From the IMG/VR virus record IMGVR_UViG_3300042988_001200: a DNA stretch of 64,000 nucleotides; one strand, 5' to 3'. A program made the translations under genes and the position numbers. Below the pieces are notes generated by a model that worked only from the letters and a program-made list of their open reading frames with translations, did not search any database and was not told where the DNA came from. Numbering within the stretch: position 1 is the first letter of the stretch; every line of letters starts with the position of its first letter. This stretch comes from a virus (lineage: Duplodnaviria; Caudoviricetes). Of the stretch, positions 36,784-46,097 are shown piece by piece.

Positions 36784-39700
36784 ATGAACTTATATAAGTA
36801 TAAAGAGAACTCTTTATATAAAGATAGATTTACTCCTGATTCTAATTGGTTAAAGGTTCTATTTACTCCTGGAAGACCTGTTCAAAGTGCTGAACTTATA
36901 GAGCTTCAATCTATTATTAGACATAGTTATAAGCTAGGGATGGATAAGGTTCTAGGAGCTTTATCTATAGTTCAAGGTCTGAACTATACTCTTTCTATAG
37001 AGGAAGACACCACTTTTATATCTATATCAGAAGGAATAATATATACAGAAGGCTCTTTTATACCAGTTAAATCTAAGGATTTAGAGTTTAGTCTTAATGA
37101 AGAGGTCTCTATTGGAGTTTTATTAAATGAAGTTATTATTACAGAGAATGAAGATAACTCTCTTAAATCTAACCATCCTTATGGTTTACCAGGAGCCCAT
37201 AGACTAGTTTGGGAAGGAGATATCACTCTTAATAATCCCTTATCCTTTGAGATATATAGATATGAGAAGGGAGAAATAATTCAATCTAATAATTATCCCT
37301 TTAAAGAATTACTATCTGAGATATCTACTTTTATAGATTCTATATATGGTTCCTTCCTTTTATATGGATTAAAAACCTCTTTTATCTCTACACAAGAACC
37401 CTTATCTGAATCTATTACTGTAGATAACTCTAGCCTTATATCTGATATAAACTCGATTGAATCTCAAATATCCTCTTTGAAGATAAGGAAGAGAGACCTG
37501 GAATCCTCTATTAATCAACTAATATCAAGTAACTTATCTAGTAATTTAATCCTAGCTGAGACCTATATTCAACAACTAAGAGAGGCTAATCAAGAAGAAA
37601 CTACCCTTTCTAACTCTCTATTAGAAAAGAGAATAGCTTTATCTAGATTAATAGAGCGTAATCCTATTAACTCTAGGAGTATAGTTAATTTATCTATTAG
37701 TCCAGGTTCAGCTTTTGTAAAAGGATATAAAACTATTAAACCATACCCATCCCTTATTCAATATCCTTATTCTATAGAGACTAAAGAGGTTAAAGGAGCT
37801 AGGTTTATTAATAGCTCAACCTATATTCCATCTAAGTTATCTCTTATACCTTCTATAGATTATGCAACTATAAAGGCAGCTTCTATTAATATATCTATTA
37901 AGTTTAATCAAATTATATTTAATAATCAGCTTGTAGATGTTGTTATACAAGCAAATACATCTTCTTTTTTATCTATAGAAGATATTATTAATAGCATAAG
38001 TGCTTTTGAATTAAGCTCTTTAACCCTTACTTCTACAGTATTGAATCAGGCTAATATTTCCTTATCTCCTATAGAAATAAAACAATTATTATCTCTTAAC
38101 TTTAATATTACAAAGACTAACTCTAATTCTATAACTATTCAAATAAAGGATTCAAGCTCTAGAACTTCTATTAGATTAGATACTTATTCTAGTTCTCAGT
38201 ATTTATCTTGGAGTCAATCTACTAGTTTTAGTTCTATTAGTAATATAAATAGATATCTATTACCTAGTGTAAATGTTAGTAAGATAACTAGAATAGTAGG
38301 AGAGTTAAAAGCTGATGGCTATAGATTAACTAGAGGGGAGTCTAATAGAGATTTTCTAGGAGAGGATTCTATATTCTCTTTACTATTAGTTTATCAGGAT
38401 AATACTATTTATATTCCAGGAGTGGATTATCGATTAGATACTCAACAATATATTAATTGGATAGGTAATAAACCTCAACCCGGAGATTCTTATTATGTAA
38501 ATTATATGTATACAGAAGAATTATCAAAAGATGAGTATTCTATATCTAATAATGAAATATTAATTAATATCCCTATTCCCCCCGGTTATGGGTTTGAAGT
38601 AGATTATCTCTATTCCATAGATAAGAAACTAACTGTAACTATAGATACTAATTCAGATATAGAAATCTATGAGACTTCTATACCGGAAGGGGTTCTCTCT
38701 CTATCTAATGTCTATATAAAAGGGAAGGAAGTAGAAGTAGTTGAACTAGATAATAAAATTCCTTCTCTATCAGATATATATTTATTATCTCAACAAGTAG
38801 ACCAACATACTAATCTTCTTAATACTCTTTTATCTAATCAAGAACAATATCTTGATAATCAAGAGAATAACCTATTGGCAACTTGGAATATAGATTTATC
38901 TACTTTTAATGATATTGATATAGATTTAACTACAGGGGCTATAGATGTATTTATTAAATCTTTTAATCCTTCATTTAGAACAAAAGAGATATCTATATTA
39001 GCTAATGACTGTTACAAGGATAAATTAAATCTATGTAAGTTCTACACTTTACCTTTTATATCTATACCTTTTATATCTAATAATAGAGCTACTAGGTATA
39101 TATCTAGTTATGGCTATAGTAATATATCTACTTATATTTATCCAGCTTTTCTATGGGCTAATAATGATAGTTCTTATCCTTATCTTGCTAATAATGAAAA
39201 TGTAGAGGGGGAAATAACCTGTTCTATATATAAGGAAATGAATGAAATATTAGATTCTATAGATAGTAAATACTCTGTAGATACTTATAATCCTTTAGGT
39301 AATATAGTTCCAATAGAGTATACCTTTTACCTTTTAGTAGAAGGCTTATTAACATATGAAGATGGAATAACTATTCTTTTTGATTCTAAATCTATACCTT
39401 CTATTAATCTTATTAAAGGTTCTGTAATTAATAATATATTAAGAGCTGATGTTAATGGCGTTATATACCTATCTTTACTTATATCTATACCCCAGCCTGG
39501 TAATTATTTAATATCTATATTTAACTCTAGATTTAATAAATCTATTAATTTACCTATATACAATAGTTATGAGTTACCTATATATAACAATTTAAGTAAG
39601 TATGATTATAGAAGTAGAAAGAGAGAGATAGAAATTAATAATGAGGGAGTTACTACTTCTTTTAGTGCTATAAATCAATACTTTAATACAACTAGGGACT

Positions 39701-40689
39701 TCTTTATAACTAAACTAGAACTTAGATTAAGAGAAATTGGTAACAATAATTTAATAGTTGGTATAGATAAACTAGGTCTAAATAGTATTCCAGAATTAAG
39801 GTTAGTGGAATCTAAACCTAATGATTATTATTACTCAAACGACTCTTCTGCTATTACAACTACAGAATTTCTATATCCTACTTTGATAAATAAAGGAGAT
39901 TATTCTATTGGAATAGATGGAGAAGAATATAAATTATACGCTTCTTTTAATCAAGAGAAGGATTATCTTACTGGTTCTTTATTTAACTCCTATAGTTTAT
40001 TATCTCAAGATAGGTTATTTATTAGTAAAGATGGTAAATCTACTAGTGAATTATTATATACTAATCTCTCTTATCAAATATATAGAGCCGAGTTTATAGT
40101 AGGTTCTAGTGTATATATTCCTTTAGGGGTCTACGGTTTATCTAATGGATTTACTAATATAAGTCATTTTTCTTATAATACTAAGGATATAGTACCCCCA
40201 GGAACCCTTATTCAATATGAATATAAAACAAGTTCAGATTGGATTCCCTTTAAATCTAATACTATAACTAGACTTATTTCCATAGCTCCTTCTATAGAGT
40301 TAAGAGTTTTAATTAATTCATCTTCTTCCTTTGTATCTCCAATAGTAAATATAGAAGGTTCTACTATAGCTTTATACTCCGATAATTCTACTTATAAGTT
40401 ATATACAGAGAGCAAATCCTTTCCCTTTACCTTTAATAAAGTTGTAGTTAAAGTAGATATATATAACAAGAAGGATGAAGATACTTTATCTTTATATAAC
40501 TTAAAGACATTAAATAATGAGATTCAGTCTCTTCAATTTGTATCTTCTATTAATAGAAATACCTATATAACCAGTGAGTATAAGCTGGAACAAGGTTCTT
40601 TAGATACTCTAAATCTAGTTTTTGATTGTTATTCCCCTGGTATTGATAAGTTAATCCTAAGAAATATAAGAGTATATATATATGGATAA
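36784..40689 (+). CDS. DUF4815-family virion/baseplate protein
   Basis: 'YKDRFTPDSNWLKVLFTPGRPVQSAELIELQSII' matches the DUF4815 N-terminal motif. Confidence 0.75.
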   Translation: MNLYKYKENSLYKDRFTPDSNWLKVLFTPGRPVQSAELIELQSIIRHSYKLGMDKVLGALSIVQGLNYTLSIEEDTTFISISEGIIYTEGSFIPVKSKDLEFSLNEEVSIGVLLNEVIITENEDNSLKSNHPYGLPGAHRLVWEGDITLNNPLSFEIYRYEKGEIIQSNNYPFKELLSEISTFIDSIYGSFLLYGLKTSFISTQEPLSESITVDNSSLISDINSIESQISSLKIRKRDLESSINQLISSNLSSNLILAETYIQQLREANQEETTLSNSLLEKRIALSRLIERNPINSRSIVNLSISPGSAFVKGYKTIKPYPSLIQYPYSIETKEVKGARFINSSTYIPSKLSLIPSIDYATIKAASINISIKFNQIIFNNQLVDVVIQANTSSFLSIEDIINSISAFELSSLTLTSTVLNQANISLSPIEIKQLLSLNFNITKTNSNSITIQIKDSSSRTSIRLDTYSSSQYLSWSQSTSFSSISNINRYLLPSVNVSKITRIVGELKADGYRLTRGESNRDFLGEDSIFSLLLVYQDNTIYIPGVDYRLDTQQYINWIGNKPQPGDSYYVNYMYTEELSKDEYSISNNEILINIPIPPGYGFEVDYLYSIDKKLTVTIDTNSDIEIYETSIPEGVLSLSNVYIKGKEVEVVELDNKIPSLSDIYLLSQQVDQHTNLLNTLLSNQEQYLDNQENNLLATWNIDLSTFNDIDIDLTTGAIDVFIKSFNPSFRTKEISILANDCYKDKLNLCKFYTLPFISIPFISNNRATRYISSYGYSNISTYIYPAFLWANNDSSYPYLANNENVEGEITCSIYKEMNEILDSIDSKYSVDTYNPLGNIVPIEYTFYLLVEGLLTYEDGITILFDSKSIPSINLIKGSVINNILRADVNGVIYLSLLISIPQPGNYLISIFNSRFNKSINLPIYNSYELPIYNNLSKYDYRSRKREIEINNEGVTTSFSAINQYFNTTRDFFITKLELRLREIGNNNLIVGIDKLGLNSIPELRLVESKPNDYYYSNDSSAITTTEFLYPTLINKGDYSIGIDGEEYKLYASFNQEKDYLTGSLFNSYSLLSQDRLFISKDGKSTSELLYTNLSYQIYRAEFIVGSSVYIPLGVYGLSNGFTNISHFSYNTKDIVPPGTLIQYEYKTSSDWIPFKSNTITRLISIAPSIELRVLINSSSSFVSPIVNIEGSTIALYSDNSTYKLYTESKSFPFTFNKVVVKVDIYNKKDEDTLSLYNLKTLNNEIQSLQFVSSINRNTYITSEYKLEQGSLDTLNLVFDCYSPGIDKLILRNIRVYIYG

Positions 40690-42928
40690 TAAAATATTGT
40701 TCCAAGAAGGTACTAGTTTAACTTTTCTAAATAGGGTTCAAGATACTTTGAATCAAGACCTTTATACTCTTTTTAATACTCTATACTCTGTTTTCTTATA
40801 TATAAATAAACCTTTAGTTGTTATAGAAGAAGATAAAGGAAGAGTCTTTGTATCCTCTGGTTCTATTTATATCTATCTAGATAAGGGTTATTTTATTAAC
40901 TTCCCCTCTTCTTATATACCTATAAGATCTAATAACTTTATTATTGGGTTATCTATTAGAACTATAGAAGAACCTAGTGGGGACCCTCAATTAGAAGATA
41001 TACCCCTTTCCTCTGTTCTAGGTTCATCTAAATTAGTTATTGAATCCACCGTTTCATCCTTTCAATCTTCTAATGATGTTATTCCAATAGCCTTTATAGA
41101 AGATAATAAAGTTGTTTATATTCCTAATAGATACTCTAATATTCAATCTACTATTTATGAATATTGGAGTTCTATTTTTGGATTATATATATCTAAGGGA
41201 TTCTATTACTCAATTATTGATAATAAAATAAAGATTTCTCCTGGGTTGGCATATATAAATCAATTAGTTATAGTAAGAGTTCCCACTATATTAGAGTTAA
41301 AACCTGGGAATATTATGTTAAACTCTCTAGGTGATATTTATTATGAAGAGCCTGTTACTATACCTTTATCGGATATCTCTTATATATATTCAGACTTAGA
41401 TGAGGTTATAGATAATGATTATAATTCTTTAATAGAAGTAGATGTATCTTCCTTTAGTTATATAAGTGAACCATTATCTATACCTTTATTTAATATAGAT
41501 ACTAATTTAAATATAATTCCCACTTCTAATAGAGTTATAGACATTAAAACTCTTAAGGAGAATATAAATATTAATACTCAATTAATAAGTAAATATCTAA
41601 ATCTTTTATCTATAACTAGACAAATAAGTATTAAAAAAAGTAATTTAATAGTAGAGAGTTCTATTAAGGATACTAATAGTGACCCTTTCCATCCAGAATC
41701 TAAGTTTGAAATATCTAATAACCAGGCTATTCCTACTATAGATTATGAGAGTTTTAGTCTAACTTCCTTTGTTTCTATTAATACCTTTAGGTCTAATGGT
41801 TGGATAATACCTCTGCATAGTAAGGATGATTCTATATCTAAACCTAAACAAGAGGAGTTAATTCTTCCACCTTTATCTAGATTTCTACTTGTATATATAA
41901 GAGGATTAGATATAAATCTTGGTTTATATCAATTAGAAATTGTATCTACTCATAGTATTCAACTAGATAGAACTCTTGTTCAATCTCTTAATATAGGTCT
42001 TTATACCTCAATAAATACTTATAGTCCAGATGAGAGAGGTAGATTATCTATAACTATAAAGACTCAACTAGCTTATATAAAGATTAATTCTTACATATTA
42101 GAGTTAGATACAGAGCATCATCTATTAGAAAAGCAGGGTGAGGTTATATTAAAACAGATACAAGGTATAGTTTCTAGTACAGAGGATTACTGCTGGATTA
42201 CTAATAATAAAGACACTTTAGTTCCATTATCTATTAATCTAATAGGTTTTTTAAGTAAGGTTATAGATAGTAATAGTAGTTTATTTATAGTTAAATACAC
42301 TTTATTTAACCAAATAGCTATAGATAAGTTCACCTCTATAAGTGATAACTATTATATTCATGGTTCTAGATTAACTCTTTATGCTAATAAAGGAATTAAT
42401 ATAGATTACTCAACAGTTAGATTACCAATATCTAATACTAAGTTATATATAGATATTAATAGAGAATATGAAGTTAACTATACTAATTGGAATATAAATA
42501 AAGAGGGTTCTCTTATTTATAGGTACTTAATTGATGGCAAAGAAGTCCTTTCTATAGATAATAAGAGAAGGTTTAGAGCTGAAATAGAGATAAAACCCTT
42601 TGCTATTGTTAAGGAAAATTCTACTTTTAATATAGGTCAGACTAATGGAATTGGTATTTATATATCCAGAACTTATAGTGTAGAGATATATAAACAAGTA
42701 GAAGTTATATTAGAAGGTCTTGTATCTAATGCTTATATAAGTAGTAATGAGGGTCAAACCTGGGATGAGATGTTAACTATAGATAATAAAACCTTTAGTA
42801 TTGATAATCTCCCCCCTTTAGTTAATATAGAAAGAGGGGATGGAACTATAGAAGTCCTAGAGAGAAATACCATTAAGTTAAAGATAGAGATGACTAATCT
42901 TAAAGGTTTCTCTATATATCTATATTAG
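40682..42928 (+). CDS. Tail/baseplate structural protein (possible DUF4815-related)
   Basis: 'KILFQEG..LTFLNRVQD', 'IKISPGLAYIN' motifs echo the upstream protein. Confidence 0.5.
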   Translation: MDNKILFQEGTSLTFLNRVQDTLNQDLYTLFNTLYSVFLYINKPLVVIEEDKGRVFVSSGSIYIYLDKGYFINFPSSYIPIRSNNFIIGLSIRTIEEPSGDPQLEDIPLSSVLGSSKLVIESTVSSFQSSNDVIPIAFIEDNKVVYIPNRYSNIQSTIYEYWSSIFGLYISKGFYYSIIDNKIKISPGLAYINQLVIVRVPTILELKPGNIMLNSLGDIYYEEPVTIPLSDISYIYSDLDEVIDNDYNSLIEVDVSSFSYISEPLSIPLFNIDTNLNIIPTSNRVIDIKTLKENININTQLISKYLNLLSITRQISIKKSNLIVESSIKDTNSDPFHPESKFEISNNQAIPTIDYESFSLTSFVSINTFRSNGWIIPLHSKDDSISKPKQEELILPPLSRFLLVYIRGLDINLGLYQLEIVSTHSIQLDRTLVQSLNIGLYTSINTYSPDERGRLSITIKTQLAYIKINSYILELDTEHHLLEKQGEVILKQIQGIVSSTEDYCWITNNKDTLVPLSINLIGFLSKVIDSNSSLFIVKYTLFNQIAIDKFTSISDNYYIHGSRLTLYANKGINIDYSTVRLPISNTKLYIDINREYEVNYTNWNINKEGSLIYRYLIDGKEVLSIDNKRRFRAEIEIKPFAIVKENSTFNIGQTNGIGIYISRTYSVEIYKQVEVILEGLVSNAYISSNEGQTWDEMLTIDNKTFSIDNLPPLVNIERGDGTIEVLERNTIKLKIEMTNLKGFSIYLY

Positions 42929-42941
42929 TTTTAATCATAAT

Positions 42942-43030
42942 AGAGTAATAAATAGTAGAAAGTCCTATGAGAATTATAAAGAGTAATAAATCAAGTCCTA
43001 GTAATGTAGTCATATATAAGAGTAATTTAT
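42942..43030 (+). repeat. Three imperfect AGAGTAAT(A/T)(A/T)AT repeats at 38-39 bp spacing
   Basis: Units start at 42942, 42980 and 43019; first two also share AAGTCCTA. Confidence 0.45.
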
Positions 43031-43092
43031 ATATAGAAGAATTAAAGAAAGAGATAGAAAGATTAAGGCATGATAAATCTAGTCTAGATTAG
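42967..43092 (+). CDS. Small hypothetical ORF (41 aa)
   Basis: MRIIKSNKSSPSNVVIYKSNLYIEELKKEIERLRHDKSSLD; TATG start; below ORF-track threshold. Confidence 0.3.
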   Translation: MRIIKSNKSSPSNVVIYKSNLYIEELKKEIERLRHDKSSLD

Positions 43093-43656
43093 GTCTTTAC
43101 TCGGTCTAAGGATGTATTCTATAACACTTTTTATTCTATTCTTTAGTTTCTTATTTTGTAAAGGTAGATCAGAGACCTTTTTTAAGTTTATAATCTTATG
43201 AACTCTTAAATATTTTTTAGGACTATCTCTATATACATGAGTTTCTATATTGAAGGGTTTAATATAAGATTGAAGAATAAAAAGATTTTCTACATTTTTA
43301 TTCTCAATTTCCATATAATGCTCTTTCTTATTATTTTTATTTTTTATATGTATAATTTGAGATTTACTATCAAAGATTCCACATATAAACCCTATGTTTC
43401 TAATCTTTTCATCTTTAAATTTATAAGTTAAATCACTTAATAAATCTATCTTATAATTAGTCTTTTTTGCAGTAGAAATAACTAACTCAAATTCTTGGTC
43501 TAAATCTTTTAGAAAGTTTACAAATATGTCTAGAATATCCTTATCTTTTATATTAATAAGATTTTTTACTCTAGTAGCTATAAAGAAAGCTCCCTCTAAC
43601 CAACCCATTTTATAATCTAAATGGTTTTCTTCAGTAAGAATAAACTTCTTTCTCAT
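43084..43656 (-). CDS. Free-standing LAGLIDADG-type homing endonuclease (possibly degenerate)
   Basis: 'DYKMGWLEGAFF' and 'IGFICGIFDSKSQI...MEIENKNVENL..LQSYIKPFNI' DOD-like motifs; A/T-run-rich composition unlike neighbours. Confidence 0.65.
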   Translation of the reverse strand: MRKKFILTEENHLDYKMGWLEGAFFIATRVKNLINIKDKDILDIFVNFLKDLDQEFELVISTAKKTNYKIDLLSDLTYKFKDEKIRNIGFICGIFDSKSQIIHIKNKNNKKEHYMEIENKNVENLFILQSYIKPFNIETHVYRDSPKKYLRVHKIINLKKVSDLPLQNKKLKNRIKSVIEYILRPSKDLI

Positions 43657-43748
43657 TATAGTTTTTAATATGTTTCTTATTTATTATAACTACCTCTTAT
43701 TACCTCTATTAATTTATAAAGGTAATATTAATACTAATATTTATTTAT

Positions 43749-45839
43749 ATGAATAAAATAAAGGTAACTGTTCTTAAACCTTTCTCCTATATATTTGCTG
43801 GAACTACTAAATATATGAGAGAGGGTCAGATAGTGTATTTTGATCTTAATAATAGTTCAGAGTCACAGGAGGCTTCTTATGTTACTAGTTCCTCTTTCCC
43901 CTATAGAGCTTTTATATCTGTAGAGTTTGTTAACTCTAGTGAGAATTGTGGAGACTCCTCTTCTGGGAGTGGAGGTTCCACTGGAGGGGGTTCTGGTACA
44001 GGTGGAACCGGAGGTAGTGGCTCTGGAGGAACTAATCCTCTAGGTAGATGGTTAGGTGCCTATCCTACTGCTCCTAGTAATCCTAGTCTTAATGATTTCT
44101 ATTACAACACTTCTACTGGACAACTTCTATATTGGAATGGTTCTAGTTGGTCTCTCTTTAATTCAGGTACAGTGGGTACTGGGGGGGGCTCTAATGGTGG
44201 GGGTTCTGGTCAATTACCTCCTATACAGGGAGACCTTTTATTACTACCTAATAATGAGTTACAGATAAGACCAGGAGTTATATCAGATGCTGATATTAAT
44301 CCTAATGCTCGTATTAAGTTATCTAAGTTAGAGGTTAATCCTTTAGATAGGATTAATCATACAGGAGTACAGACTAGTAGTAGTATTGTAGATTTCGATT
44401 CTAGAGTAAGGTCTAATAGCTTATCTATGTTTAAACCTGCTACTAGTTCATTATCTATGGGGGGATATAGGATAACCGATTTAGATTACCCCTGTGATGC
44501 TGATGATGCAGTACCTAGAGCTTATGTAGATGCCAGATTAAATAGTATAGACTTCTGTTCTTTACTTCCAGTTTCATGTGACCTATCTCTTAATGGTTAT
44601 AAGATAACTTCATTATCAGAACCCTCTAATAATGAGGATGCTGTTAACTTAGGGTATATGAAGGAATATATAACCAAATCTCTAGGATTATATTCTAGTG
44701 TTAGATTATTAGCTAATTATTCGCTTAATAGTCCTAGTGGTACTTCCTATGTTATAGATGGTAAACAAGTAAGAATAGGAGATAGAGTTCTTTTATCCTG
44801 TGAAAGTGACCCTAGGATGAATGGAGTCTATATAGTTAGTAATGGTTTATGGTTTAGGTCAGAGGATACAGACTCTAATGTAGAAATAGCACCAGGTAGA
44901 ATATTCTTTGTTACAGATGGTAATCAATTTAATAACTCTGGGTATGTAACTTTCTCTCCAGATAATCCTATAGTTCTAGGTATATCTCCTATCTATTTTA
45001 ATAAATTCACTGGTCTATCCCCCTCTAATATTGGTCTGGGTCTTCATCTAGTTAATAATAGATTAGAAGTTAAACCTTCTATAGGTCATACTATTGTTAC
45101 TACTAATGGGGTGGAAATAGACCCTACATGGTCAGGTTCCTCTTCTATTTCTATACTAGGTAATATTACTCAGGGAAGATGGACAGCTAATCCTATAGAA
45201 ATAGCTTATGGAGGAACAGGGGCGGGAAATGCTTCTCAAGCTAGGATTAACTTAAGAGCAGCTTCTTCTGGAGTTAACTCTGATATTACTGCTATAGAAG
45301 GTTTAAGTGTACCCCTTAGTGTAGACCAGGGTGGTACTGGTGGTTGTACTCCAGATGAGGCTAGATTTAATCTACAAGCTGCTGATTGTATTAATGGAGT
45401 ATCTACTTGTATAACTCAATTACCTAATCTTGTTGGACCTATTGGTATTCATCAAGGGGGAACTGGAGCTACTAATAGAGATACAGCTAGATTTAATTTA
45501 TTAGCAGCTAAGAGTGGAGATAATTATGACATTACATCACTCAATGGATTAACCACTCCTTTGTCTATACTACAAGGAGGGACAGGTGCTACTACAGCAC
45601 TTCAAGCTCTTACTAATTTAGGAGGAGTTTCTAATGCAGCTAATATTGGTATTGGTTCTGCTATATTTGCACAGAAGAATGGAACAGTATTAGAGTTTAG
45701 AAATATAAGAGTTAATCCTGGTATTAGTATTCAGATAGTAGGTAATGATATAGTTCTATCTCCTAACTTAATAGCAGGGGCTGGTATTCAACTTAGTACA
45801 GTAGGTAATGCTATACAAATAGTTAACTTAAATCCTTAA
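43749..45839 (+). CDS. Fibre protein 1
   Basis: Gly-rich linker, 'NPLDRINHTGVQ', repeated 'GGTGA..A..AR.NL.A' fibre repeats, 'LEFRNI' repeat. Confidence 0.75.
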   Translation: MNKIKVTVLKPFSYIFAGTTKYMREGQIVYFDLNNSSESQEASYVTSSSFPYRAFISVEFVNSSENCGDSSSGSGGSTGGGSGTGGTGGSGSGGTNPLGRWLGAYPTAPSNPSLNDFYYNTSTGQLLYWNGSSWSLFNSGTVGTGGGSNGGGSGQLPPIQGDLLLLPNNELQIRPGVISDADINPNARIKLSKLEVNPLDRINHTGVQTSSSIVDFDSRVRSNSLSMFKPATSSLSMGGYRITDLDYPCDADDAVPRAYVDARLNSIDFCSLLPVSCDLSLNGYKITSLSEPSNNEDAVNLGYMKEYITKSLGLYSSVRLLANYSLNSPSGTSYVIDGKQVRIGDRVLLSCESDPRMNGVYIVSNGLWFRSEDTDSNVEIAPGRIFFVTDGNQFNNSGYVTFSPDNPIVLGISPIYFNKFTGLSPSNIGLGLHLVNNRLEVKPSIGHTIVTTNGVEIDPTWSGSSSISILGNITQGRWTANPIEIAYGGTGAGNASQARINLRAASSGVNSDITAIEGLSVPLSVDQGGTGGCTPDEARFNLQAADCINGVSTCITQLPNLVGPIGIHQGGTGATNRDTARFNLLAAKSGDNYDITSLNGLTTPLSILQGGTGATTALQALTNLGGVSNAANIGIGSAIFAQKNGTVLEFRNIRVNPGISIQIVGNDIVLSPNLIAGAGIQLSTVGNAIQIVNLNP

Positions 45840-46011
45840 TCTTACTCTTTATATAACAACTATTATTACTACTATATTTACAGATTCTATCCTTTACTTG
45901 CTCCTCTTTCATTTCTTTATTCATACTGGTTACATAAATATCCCTAATTCCATGAATAATCTTAATAGAACAAACAGGACAAGATAAACAATCTCCAGGA
46001 AAAATAGACAT
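45823..46011 (-). CDS. Small Cys protein (CPVC...RICKY...C)
   Basis: 62 aa; resembles, from recall, a small conserved cyanobacterial family; TATG start. Confidence 0.55.
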   Translation of the reverse strand: MSIFPGDCLSCPVCSIKIIHGIRDIYVTSMNKEMKEEQVKDRICKYSSNNSCYIKSKIKDLS

Positions 46012-46097
46012 ATCTTTATATGTATGTTTTTATTTATGATAATAATATCCTATTTGATTAGGATATAAAGAAATTCCATAGTACATAAGAATAATAA

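Noticed and set aside
42942-43030. Possible CRISPR mini-array
   Set aside because: Repeat core only 8-12 bp, three degenerate units, no cas genes or leader
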